64,000 bases of DNA from a virus, in IMG/VR virus record IMGVR_UViG_3300022752_000023, positions 80,421 to 144,420 of that record; one strand, given 5' to 3'. The translations under genes and the position numbers were made by a program. The notes beneath the pieces are model-generated. The model had not been told where the DNA came from and made no database searches. It worked only from the letters and a program-made list of their open reading frames with translations. Position 1 is the stretch's first letter. Each line of letters opens with the position of its first letter. This document shows, piece after piece, positions 19,594 to 29,000 of the stretch.

Positions 19594-21315
19594 TCAGTTA
19601 GCCCAGCCAGCAGAGACAACAGACACCGACACGTCTTGAGGCCCCGTTAAAAACACAGTCGTTCGGCCGGTGACTAAGCGTGCTGCGTCCGTTGGTAGTT
19701 TCAAAATTGTGTTGTCACGTACATATGTGATGCTGCCGTCAGGGCGCCTAATGCGGCCAAACATATCAATACCGCCAAGCGCTTGCTGGCTCGACAGGTG
19801 TTTGTGCGCCGCGTTACTGATAACCGACGCATGCAGCTGGCCGGAGAAACCGACGCCAGCAACGGCAGCGCTGACGCTCTTTTGAATGGCTTCAATATCG
19901 GGCGTAGCGGCGGCGGGGCTTTTACGGATCTCAAACGAAATTTTTGTGAAACACGGTACGGCGGCTTTTATAAGCACGTCGGTGGCGCGCGGGCGAGTGT
20001 CGCGTCCGGCAAAATAATCTTGCAGCTCGCCGATCAGAGGCATGCCCGTTGTGGTGACGGCGTACCATTTTTTTGTCTGGTTTGGAATTAACGCAGCCGC
20101 GGGCTGAATGTCGGTGTTCACAAAACGAATAATCGCCGCCTGATATCGTGTATACGCGCTTTCGTGGAGATACAGCACATCGGGCACGAAGTCCAGCTCT
20201 AAAAAATCAGCTGTTCGTGTATCTTGCAGCACAGAGTAATTTGCTTGCGGCGCGCCGGCTAGCGCCGGATCTACAACTCGTGTAACCTCATAAAATCCGG
20301 GTGCCGTGTTTCGACCAATTGACACTTGCCATACCGTGCCAGTGGGTGTACCGCCTACCAGCGTCTGTTCGTCGCAGTTCCCGGTCTGGTTTGTCGGCGG
20401 TGTGTACGGACCAACGTACGTTGCCTCTAGCAAATGCTCAATTTCTTGTGCGTACGTGTTAGTCTGTGCGTAAATGTCAACTTTTCCACCACTGGAGATT
20501 GGAAACAGAGAGTGCTGATCGCGCTGCTGTTCGGCGTCGCCGCACCCTAGTACAGACAAGTGCTTCGTGTTTTTAAAGACTGGTTGCGCCATGACAGCGG
20601 CAACATAACTGGCGCGGCTTCCAACAGTCTTAGCCGCTAACCCTGTTACCAGCCGCGCTAAATACTCTTCGTTGGTGGCCGGGTCTCGGCCGTCGATAAA
20701 ATCTGTAGCGGCAAAAGCAGCTGCCACATTATTTAAAAGATTGTCAGGAATCATATTGACGCCGCGCTTGATGTTACCCGCTGCGCCAATCGAAAGCGCT
20801 ACGACGTTAATCGTGGCCGCAAAAGTGCCGTCACCGACAGGGATCATTTTGCGTTGATTCGCGTCGGTCAGTACGTCAGTAGTTGTTGTAGGCAATACAA
20901 GAAAAGACCCGGTCGGCACAAAAATAGTTTCGGCGTCTTCGGCCGTAAATCGCACATTGTCAGGAATCTCAGTGCGCACGTCCGAATTGAAAATTAACGT
21001 AATTGATCCGACCGCGGGCGTGCCGTTGTCGCGTGACACATTAAAATTGGACAACACTTGATCGACAATCTCTGGGTCGGCGAGCGTCGGGTCTTGTGTG
21101 ATTTTTAATAAGCTGTTGCTTTGCTGGACGCGTGCGATATTTTCTTGAATAGCGGCGTTTAACAAACCGTCAAAATACAGCACAAGGTCGTGGAATACGC
21201 CGCGTGTTAGCTCAACCTCTGGGTGGCGCTCCGCCATAAGCTGCGACAACGTCGCAACCATTTCTTGCACCTTAGTCGGGCTAAGCTGCGTTAAACTAGT
21301 TATTTCAATCGGCAT
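19594..21315 (-). CDS. Baseplate J-like wedge protein (T4 gp6/P2 gpJ family)
   Basis: V.A...GAAGNI, F.DGRDPATNEEY..R and GGKVDIY motifs. Confidence 0.85.
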   Translation of the reverse strand: MPIEITSLTQLSPTKVQEMVATLSQLMAERHPEVELTRGVFHDLVLYFDGLLNAAIQENIARVQQSNSLLKITQDPTLADPEIVDQVLSNFNVSRDNGTPAVGSITLIFNSDVRTEIPDNVRFTAEDAETIFVPTGSFLVLPTTTTDVLTDANQRKMIPVGDGTFAATINVVALSIGAAGNIKRGVNMIPDNLLNNVAAAFAATDFIDGRDPATNEEYLARLVTGLAAKTVGSRASYVAAVMAQPVFKNTKHLSVLGCGDAEQQRDQHSLFPISSGGKVDIYAQTNTYAQEIEHLLEATYVGPYTPPTNQTGNCDEQTLVGGTPTGTVWQVSIGRNTAPGFYEVTRVVDPALAGAPQANYSVLQDTRTADFLELDFVPDVLYLHESAYTRYQAAIIRFVNTDIQPAAALIPNQTKKWYAVTTTGMPLIGELQDYFAGRDTRPRATDVLIKAAVPCFTKISFEIRKSPAAATPDIEAIQKSVSAAVAGVGFSGQLHASVISNAAHKHLSSQQALGGIDMFGRIRRPDGSITYVRDNTILKLPTDAARLVTGRTTVFLTGPQDVSVSVVSAGWAN

Positions 21316-21316
21316 A

Positions 21317-21790
21317 TTACACCTGTGGCAGCGTGGCTACCGGTAAAATCACAACCCGCTCGTCGCCGGCGATGCTTGTAATCATAACACGCATGTTTAA
21401 ATATCCCGGCAGGATTGCAACAGATAATAATTCTGCGTCATCAAACCGCTCGTCGTCCGGCATTCCTTCGTATTCTTCGTTTTGCAGTGTGACGCGTAAT
21501 CGTAGATTCGCGGCGTAAAAATTCTGGGTAACATCGAGCTGGTTGCGCATTTGTCCTTGCCGGACCAGCGTCATGAAGTCGGTGCCGCGGTTTGGTAGCC
21601 CGGGCATTGAGCCGATCTCTGTCAAAAACTCTAGCGCCCAGCGTTGCGCTAGTTTTTGAATGCCGACACAAATAAGCCCACTGTTGTCTTCGTCATATAA
21701 AACGAGACCGAGTTTGTTGTCGCGCGCAGTGTTGACGTTCTGTAGCGCGAGATAGTCATATTTGCGGTTTGCAAAGTCAGCTAAACTCAT
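21317..21790 (-). CDS. Baseplate wedge gp25/gpW-like protein
   Basis: GIQKLAQR....FLTE.GS....P.RGT motif, upstream of the J-like gene. Confidence 0.75.
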   Translation of the reverse strand: MSLADFANRKYDYLALQNVNTARDNKLGLVLYDEDNSGLICVGIQKLAQRWALEFLTEIGSMPGLPNRGTDFMTLVRQGQMRNQLDVTQNFYAANLRLRVTLQNEEYEGMPDDERFDDAELLSVAILPGYLNMRVMITSIAGDERVVILPVATLPQV

Positions 21791-21792
21791 TG

Positions 21793-22275
21793 TTAACCTC
21801 CGGCCGCCCCGGCATCGATATGCGTCTGTACGTTGTCTTTGAAGAACGAAAACACGCTGACTTTCGCCTTACCGTGCCCGTTTAGGCGTCCGTGCATGAA
21901 CGACATACACCGCGCGTAGCTTGCATGTCGCGTCCGCCACGCGCGCTCTTCTACGGCCATAAAGTCTGCTTGCCATTTCATCGCTATTAAATCGCCAGTT
22001 GTGCCGCCCTGCTTCTCTGGTCCGGCAAGCACAGAGTCCGAGTAAATCTGATTAATGTTGTTGCGGTCCCAGCTCGGAAAACTCATGCCGGGAACGTCAA
22101 GCAGTTCTTTTGTTTTGATCTCGTCTGGTGTGTGCCAAGGACGCCAATCCGTCATGTAGTTTTTGAAGACTTCAGCCATTTTCTTGGCGCGTTCTTCCAG
22201 CTGGTCGATACGGGCTTGAAACTTTCCGTCGACCTGCCCCTTTTTTGCGCCGAGGCCGGGTTTTTCTTCTGCCAT
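21793..22275 (-). CDS. Hypothetical protein (160 aa)
   Basis: AAGGAG SD; packed in operon. Confidence 0.75.
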   Translation of the reverse strand: MAEEKPGLGAKKGQVDGKFQARIDQLEERAKKMAEVFKNYMTDWRPWHTPDEIKTKELLDVPGMSFPSWDRNNINQIYSDSVLAGPEKQGGTTGDLIAMKWQADFMAVEERAWRTRHASYARCMSFMHGRLNGHGKAKVSVFSFFKDNVQTHIDAGAAGG

Positions 22276-22284
22276 GACCGCTCC

Positions 22285-23106
22285 TTAGAAATTGCCCTGA
22301 GTATATTGTTTGTCGAGCATTGCCTGAATCTTGGCCGCGCGCTGGCTTACCGCGCCGGGCGTTATGTTTAATCGTCGCGCAATTTCTTGCGTGCTTGTTT
22401 TTCTTCGCCCATTCCGCCCGAGCGTCATATCCGCAATTAACTTGTCGACCGGGCCGAGATCTTCGTAAACAAAGTTAAACCAAGCGTCGGCTGATCGGTT
22501 ACTGTTTGGAATCGTGCTGGCGACATCGCCGCCATAGCTTTCTTCGTCGGTGACTTCGCGCGTCGTCATACCCTCTGACACTGGCTGGTTAAACGCGCGT
22601 ATTTTTTGAATGCGGCGTTTTGACAAACCGGTGTGATCGGCCAGTTCGTCGTCGGTAGGGTCGCGACCTAGCTGGTCGTATAGCTCCGATTCGCTCTCTG
22701 TTAGCCGGCCGTAATCAAGCCCGACTTGCTCAGGAATCGAAATGATGTTTTGCGCCTGTGCAGACATGCGGCGCAAACTCTGCAGCTGTGACAGCAGGTG
22801 TGTGCGCACATTGCCACGTTGCGGATCGTAGCTATCCAGCGCCTTGAGTGCCATAAGCCGCGCCTTAGATTTAATTGTCGGGCTGGCGTTTTGTCCGGCG
22901 TAGCTCATCACGGCCGTGTCGATAACCGGCTGAAGTGTTCCTAACAGCGCTGTATTTGTTTCCGGCGTTTTAGTGTGCTGCCACTGAGCATACGCGTTAT
23001 CAAAGTCGGTACTGACGCCGGTCGGCCTACGGGCCGAGAAAGGCGCCGGTACGTCGCCCAGAATAGACGGCATGCCCGCTGGCATACTGGTTTTGTTATC
23101 AGCCAT
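22285..23106 (-). CDS. Sigma70-family RNA polymerase sigma factor (FliA/WhiG/SigF-like architecture)
   Basis: Region 2 ALKALDSYDPQRG, region 3 LGRDPTDDELADHTGLS, region 4 HTH STQEIARRLNITPGAVSQR; start probably MADNK. Confidence 0.85.
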   Translation of the reverse strand: MADNKTSMPAGMPSILGDVPAPFSARRPTGVSTDFDNAYAQWQHTKTPETNTALLGTLQPVIDTAVMSYAGQNASPTIKSKARLMALKALDSYDPQRGNVRTHLLSQLQSLRRMSAQAQNIISIPEQVGLDYGRLTESESELYDQLGRDPTDDELADHTGLSKRRIQKIRAFNQPVSEGMTTREVTDEESYGGDVASTIPNSNRSADAWFNFVYEDLGPVDKLIADMTLGRNGRRKTSTQEIARRLNITPGAVSQRAAKIQAMLDKQYTQGNF

Positions 23107-23108
23107 GA

Positions 23109-24716
23109 TTATGCCTTCTTGAGCGGACCGCCGGGCCATTTAATACTGTTCTGGTACAACGGCGCGTACGTTTGTGAAATAAGTTTCGTGTCTTCGTCTT
23201 CTTCTTCTGTGCGAATGTATGACAGCGCAAACGACGTTCCTGCTAGCGCGCGTTCAGCGTTGATTGCGTATGAAACCTGCGTCACGGCTGCGATCATCGC
23301 GCCGTCGGATTGAATTTCTGAGTTTGGTAGCTCAATTCTAACAATACTGCCCGGAGCAATATCAAACCGCAATTTGCCCGATAGTTCTCCGTAACGTTGG
23401 CTCAAAAACTCGGTTTTGTAAAAGTGTTCTGCGAAACGTTTACTCACGCCGTCCGCCATTCCGTTTGCGACGTCAGCCGGTAATAACCACTCTGGCGGCG
23501 GCTCACCTTCGCCGGTGGCTGGCGCGATACAATCGCCGGGTCGCTTCCCTTTTATGCCAGTTGTTGCGCCCGTAAAAATCGGCCACGGCGACATGTTTGT
23601 CAACCACGAGGGTAAGTCTTTAAATAGCTTTAATCCGGGGCGCTCTTCTCCGGGTTTAAACGGGTACTGACCCGCGGGTTGAGTGTATACGTCAGCCATA
23701 TGAACTTGTCCGCCGGTTGATAACATCGGATCCATTTGTTGGGGCCAAAATACGACCACGCTGTCGATAAGTTGACTCATAGGCGCGTTAAAGTTGGCGT
23801 AGCTGTACTCGTCACCTTTGATGACGTATTTTTTATTGCCGTCATGTTTGAGTCCGCCAAAAAAAGGAACGACGTAGGCGTGTTCGATTGCCGGCGACAC
23901 GGCAAAGAAAAACTGCGACGCATACTCGCCTACAAGCTTCCCCCAGAACGATGTGTAGGCGAACGACTCTAGCGCGTCCTTTGTGAGCGCCGTTCTCACA
24001 GATTGTTCGATGTTGTTGCCGTTTAAGCCATCAAGATTTAAAGCAAGCTTGGCATTACCCGGAGCAACAGGTATTCTCTTTAACGCTTTTATGGCGGCCG
24101 CGTTCGGACGCGACTGCGGTAACTTATACTCAGCCATTTTGTTGAAGATTGGCTTGATAACTTCGCCCCACAAATCACGCGCAATCTTGTCTTTACGGAT
24201 AAGATCTCCGTTGGCGTCAATAACGGGGACGCTGGAGCTTGCGTTACCTTCTGTCTGCAGCGCCACAAATGCTGCGTTTGTGGCCATAAGAAACGGCGCG
24301 TTTTGAAACCACTTGCCGTTGAGCGCCGACGAGTTGTTTAAATCGTCGAGCCAGTGGATGAGTTGCAGCACGTAGTTAGCGCTGTTATGCGAGCGTTGAT
24401 ACCCGATGCCGGCAAGCATGCCTTCAAATATCACAAATCCGCCGTTCTCCATTTTGTCTTTCTGCCCGGCTTCAGGAATAATTCTGAGCCAGACAGTCAC
24501 AGGATCGCGCGGTTTGATTTGTTTACGCAGCTTATGGATCGTCGCTTCACGCGTCTGACCCGATGCTGCGTCGTATCCGACAGCCACGGTAAGGGATGCG
24601 GTTGGAATACTGTTCAACCCGAACGTCGCCGAAATAGCTACGACGTCATTAAACACGGTGTCTTTAATCTTTGCCGTGATTTCAAACTTCGAGTAGACGT
24701 ACGGAGCCTTAGCCAT
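23109..24716 (-). CDS. Baseplate hub protein (gp27/VgrG N-terminal-like)
   Basis: IFEG.L.G and G.LRFDIAPGS.V.I....VTQVSY.I motifs; position after tape measure. Confidence 0.6.
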   Translation of the reverse strand: MAKAPYVYSKFEITAKIKDTVFNDVVAISATFGLNSIPTASLTVAVGYDAASGQTREATIHKLRKQIKPRDPVTVWLRIIPEAGQKDKMENGGFVIFEGMLAGIGYQRSHNSANYVLQLIHWLDDLNNSSALNGKWFQNAPFLMATNAAFVALQTEGNASSSVPVIDANGDLIRKDKIARDLWGEVIKPIFNKMAEYKLPQSRPNAAAIKALKRIPVAPGNAKLALNLDGLNGNNIEQSVRTALTKDALESFAYTSFWGKLVGEYASQFFFAVSPAIEHAYVVPFFGGLKHDGNKKYVIKGDEYSYANFNAPMSQLIDSVVVFWPQQMDPMLSTGGQVHMADVYTQPAGQYPFKPGEERPGLKLFKDLPSWLTNMSPWPIFTGATTGIKGKRPGDCIAPATGEGEPPPEWLLPADVANGMADGVSKRFAEHFYKTEFLSQRYGELSGKLRFDIAPGSIVRIELPNSEIQSDGAMIAAVTQVSYAINAERALAGTSFALSYIRTEEEDEDTKLISQTYAPLYQNSIKWPGGPLKKA

Positions 24717-25602
24717 TTGTATGCCTTCTTACGCTTTCCATACGGTAAATAAACGCCAACACTAACCCGGCAAGTCGGTATGCCGGAAGCGGGTGATCAA
24801 ACCACAGATTTTTGAATGTCGCATATGGTTGCGCGTCGTCAAGTCCAAACAGCTCAATAAACACAGGCTCGCCGATCAGCTCCAGTGTCGGAAACAGCGT
24901 TGTGATTGCGGGCGCCGGGTTGGCGTTTAAAGCGATGTACCAACGACCATTGAATGTTGTTGGATCTGTCGTCAACCGCTCTAGCCTTAATTTGATATCT
25001 GTTTCCGGGAGGGTAATGACGGGCAGCTCGCCCGCCGATCGTTCTCGTGTACGGGGCGCGGGGTCGTACACTGTTTGCGTCGTTAAAAACACCTCAGCGT
25101 CTGGATCAAGTTCTTTGAGCAGCACACCTCGGTTGTTTTCGAGCGTTAAAAACTCGTCTTTTTCGGCCCCCAGCGGTTCGGGCGGCGCTGGATACAAACC
25201 CATTGTGTACTGGCGGTTTGCGCGACCTGTGCTGTTGCTGGCGATAAACTCACCGCCAATTGCGACATTTCTCGGCGCGCCGGCCATTTGCGTGACGCGT
25301 AACGACGGCTGATATTTAAACTCGTTTTCTGCAGGCTCTGGCCAATACGTCACGCGGTTGTCGAGTTTATACAAATATTCGACCGCGGGAGTTTGATGAA
25401 TATAGCTAAGTAGTTCTCGTGCGCGCAGATTCAAAAACCGCTGATCTGGGCTGCTGCCAAACAATACGCGGCGCACCGTGCTCAGTACGGTCGGCAGCAC
25501 CAGCGGCCGAAACGTGGGCGGAATGTACTCATATCCTGCCTGTTGTTTCTGCGCGCTTTGCGCCCAGATGTTTAACAGTAGTGTTCGGCCGTGATTGATC
25601 AT
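24709..25602 (-). CDS. Hypothetical baseplate-region protein
   Basis: Packed ORF in tail module. Confidence 0.7.
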   Translation of the reverse strand: MINHGRTLLLNIWAQSAQKQQAGYEYIPPTFRPLVLPTVLSTVRRVLFGSSPDQRFLNLRARELLSYIHQTPAVEYLYKLDNRVTYWPEPAENEFKYQPSLRVTQMAGAPRNVAIGGEFIASNSTGRANRQYTMGLYPAPPEPLGAEKDEFLTLENNRGVLLKELDPDAEVFLTTQTVYDPAPRTRERSAGELPVITLPETDIKLRLERLTTDPTTFNGRWYIALNANPAPAITTLFPTLELIGEPVFIELFGLDDAQPYATFKNLWFDHPLPAYRLAGLVLAFIYRMESVRRHTNG

Positions 25603-25603
25603 G

Positions 25604-26089
25604 TTAATTTTTCGGCACGATGTTGAAACGAAGCGACCACTGCCCGACCAGCGTTTGTGGATCTTGCAGCTCTAAACGCATACCAGTCAGAAACGCCCAA
25701 AACGTGGAGTTCGCGCAATCGCCAATTGTGACGGACATCTTGCCGTTTTTCTTGATTCGATTTTCGTGATAAAAGTCATAGACGTTGCATAACTTAGCAC
25801 TGTCTGCGCCCGGACACGGTTTTACAAAACCGAAACCAGACACGGTTAGCTCCCCGACTCGGTTGCCAAACGCGTACACGTAAATGAAATCATTGACCGT
25901 ATGAAGAAATTGATAATTGCCGTTTAATTCGAGCGCAAAACCGCTTATCGGCATAGTTAGTTGGCCGGGATTGTAAAAAATATTGGGGCCATTAACGCCG
26001 GAAAACTTTAATCTAAAAATATCGCCGGAGCAGTTTTTTGGCTTAATAATTGTCACTGCGCCGGCGCATGGAGTAAAAGCTACTGGCAT
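25604..26089 (-). CDS. Tail tube initiator-like protein
   Basis: Follows tape measure; IYVYAFGNRVGELTVSG resembles the tube protein segment NVYYVGNRRQGQCQMS. Confidence 0.5.
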   Translation of the reverse strand: MPVAFTPCAGAVTIIKPKNCSGDIFRLKFSGVNGPNIFYNPGQLTMPISGFALELNGNYQFLHTVNDFIYVYAFGNRVGELTVSGFGFVKPCPGADSAKLCNVYDFYHENRIKKNGKMSVTIGDCANSTFWAFLTGMRLELQDPQTLVGQWSLRFNIVPKN

Positions 26090-26092
26090 GTG

Positions 26093-29000
26093 TTACTTTC
26101 CGTAGTTTGCGCCGGTACCGCCAGCCATGTCGACCGCCGGCCCGTTATCTGGTGTATCTTCCATGCGATGGCCGGTGGCTGCCAGCACGGCCTCTGAGAG
26201 TCCGTGCAGCGTCAACGTACCGTTCACATTCATATCGCCGCCGCCGCCGCCCATGCCGCGCGCCGCTTGCGCGGAATCGTATTGCGAAATTGTGTCGCTA
26301 AGGTAGTTGTACCGGGCTTGGTCTTTGTCATCATCAAAATAGTCGCCGCCGCCGCGGATCCACCAGTGTTTTTTCTTTTTCTTTTCTAGCTCCGCAAGAC
26401 GCTGGCGCATATCTTGCACAGGTGTCTTTGTGTTTGCATCAAGCAACGCCTGTTCTGCAACCATGCGTGCGTGCGGTTTTTCAACAACCTGCGTTACCGA
26501 TCCATCCTCTGCTGTAACATTTACTTTTTTAGCGCCGCCGCGGTGACGAAACGCAGCTTTTTCTGCGTTTGTACCGTAACGTTCGACGTCCTGCTTGGCT
26601 TGCTCTTCTGTATATCCGGCGTTGTACGGGAGAAATACGCGTTCGTGCTGCGGGCGCCCGTCAGCAACGCCGTCTTTTACAGCGCCGCCGCGCAGCTCAC
26701 TAAGTGAAAAAGATTGTCCGGCGGCGTTACCCATCGCGTTATACGGATCATACACCGTGTATTGTTGCTCGTGCGCTTGCGATTTTATTGCGTCGCGGCG
26801 CGTTTGTAGTTCTTTTTTTCGTTCTTTATCTTCTGCGTTGTAATCCAACCAGTTATTTTTATTTCGTTCTTCAATTTGCGCTAACTCGGCGTCAATTTCG
26901 GCAATGGCGTCTGTACGTTTTTGAACGTGAGTTGTTACGGCGGCGGGTTTATCCGGCTGATTAGACGTCGGTGCGTGCCCCGAGCGATTTAGCTGCTGTA
27001 CCTGCTCTGGTGTAATGTTTTGCGACGAAACTCCCGCGCCTGTTTTACTTTCAGAAATGGCGGCATGAATTCGGCGCATGTTTGCAAGATCGTCGTCGGT
27101 CAGCCCTTTCATTTTTTTGACAAGCTCGGGCGGCGCGGACAGCGCTGTTTTAAACTGATCCATTGCGGTTTTTTGCGCTGCCGGATCCATTTTGTTGAAA
27201 AGTTTTACCGCGTCTGCCGCCGGCAGCGTTAGCAGTTGTTGTCTTTTTTCTTTGTCAGCAAACGCGGTCGCAAACGCTGCGCCCGTCGGATCTTTACCTA
27301 CTTCGTCTAATACCGCTTGCTGGTCTGCGGTAACTTTTTCAGTGGCAGAGGCGACACCTTGTCCGTGGGCACGTTTTGCTTCTTCAGCTATTTTTAACGC
27401 ACTGTTTGTTCGGCGCACGATAGCGTCTTTGTCGCTACCTAGAACAGCCGTTAACTGTTTACGCGCTTCCGCCTTGGCTGTCTCTGGATCCATACCCTCC
27501 ATAACAAATTGATCGGTCAACTGCTGCGTCATACGACTTGTCATTATCAGCGCGCGATCTTCATCGGATTTTCCAAGCGTATCGTCCATGTTTACGGCGA
27601 CGTTTGACACGGCGAGGCTGATCTGCCGCAAACGCCGTTTGCGTTGAGTCTCAAACTGCGAATCCGACATACCTTTTGGCCGCAGTTTTTCATACTCGGC
27701 TTTGTCGTAATTCTTTTCCAGCGCGTCGTAAATGTTTTTGCTGGCATCAGAGGCAACCCGATTTGTGGCTGCAGTTCCCCGTTTCTGCGCTTTTGCAACA
27801 TCAACCGGCGTCTGCTCTAAACCAGCGCCAGCCAGTCCGCCAATGTCGCGCGAGCCGCGGAGCGCTTGCGCGATACCACGCGCCTGCTCTTTTTTTTCCT
27901 CTGATAATCCACCCCACCCGTCCCACGCAGCTGACATCTGCTTTTCGAAATCTGTGCTGTCAGCGGCCAGCGCGGCAGAAGCAAACTTTTCGATCTGCGC
28001 AGTTGTTGCGCCGGCGCCCAGCGTCTGCTGCGCCATTGCTTTTGCTGCAACTTGTACGTCTTCAGCTTTACCGGTGTTATAGCCGCGTACAATCAGCTCT
28101 GCGCGGTTACGCTGCTGTTCGTTTTTTGCCCGTTCTGCGTCTGTGCTACCGGCGGCTGTATCTGCTGACTTCATCTTGGCCGCGCCGCGTAACTGCCCCA
28201 ACTCGTCAGCCGTTAGTTTCTTGCCGGGATCGACGCCGGCCATAATTTTGAGTTGCTTGGCTTCGTTTCCGTCCGGGTTCTTTTGCGCCGCGTCAGCCAA
28301 AGTATCGATTTGTTTTTCAGTAACGCTTGCCTGCGTATACATACGCGCTGCCGCTACAAGCCCTTCTTGCATGTCGGGCGCGTAGCTCTGCAGCAGCGAA
28401 TCTTCAGACGCGATTGCAAATAGGCGTTTGAGCGAGCCTTCTTGTATGCCGGCATTTTCGCTGGCTAGGTTTTCTAGTTCGTCGCCAAAGCGTTGCGCAA
28501 GCGTAGATTCTGTTCCGCGCCCCGCGAGTTTGAACCGGGCGGCGCGACGCTTATTCATTTCTTCTTTAACTGTGGCTTCGTCGGTAGCGCCCTGATGGTG
28601 CATTTGTTTATGCGCTTCGATAGACACGCCTGTGCGCTTCTGTGAACTAGCGCTCGTCTCGGAGTACGTCGCTAAAAGAGTGTCGCGGCGGTCTGATTCG
28701 TTTGCGCCGTAAAATGCGTTGAAGTATTGCTCGGCCATACGCTCGGCCGCCGCGCCTTTGAGCCCGCCGCCGGCGCTGCTTTTAAAGTACCGCACCAGCT
28801 CTTCTTTGCCACGCTTTTCAAGTGTCTTTACACGTTCTTCCGGCGTCATGTCGGCTGTTTCGTCCATCATGATGCCGGTCATTTTGGTAGCAAAACTCGT
28901 GGCAAGCGTGCTGTTGCGTGAGTGGAAATCTTCCTCCGACATACCAGACGGTTTTAATTTTTTGAACTCGTCGCTACCCATGCGATCGACAATAGCGCCG

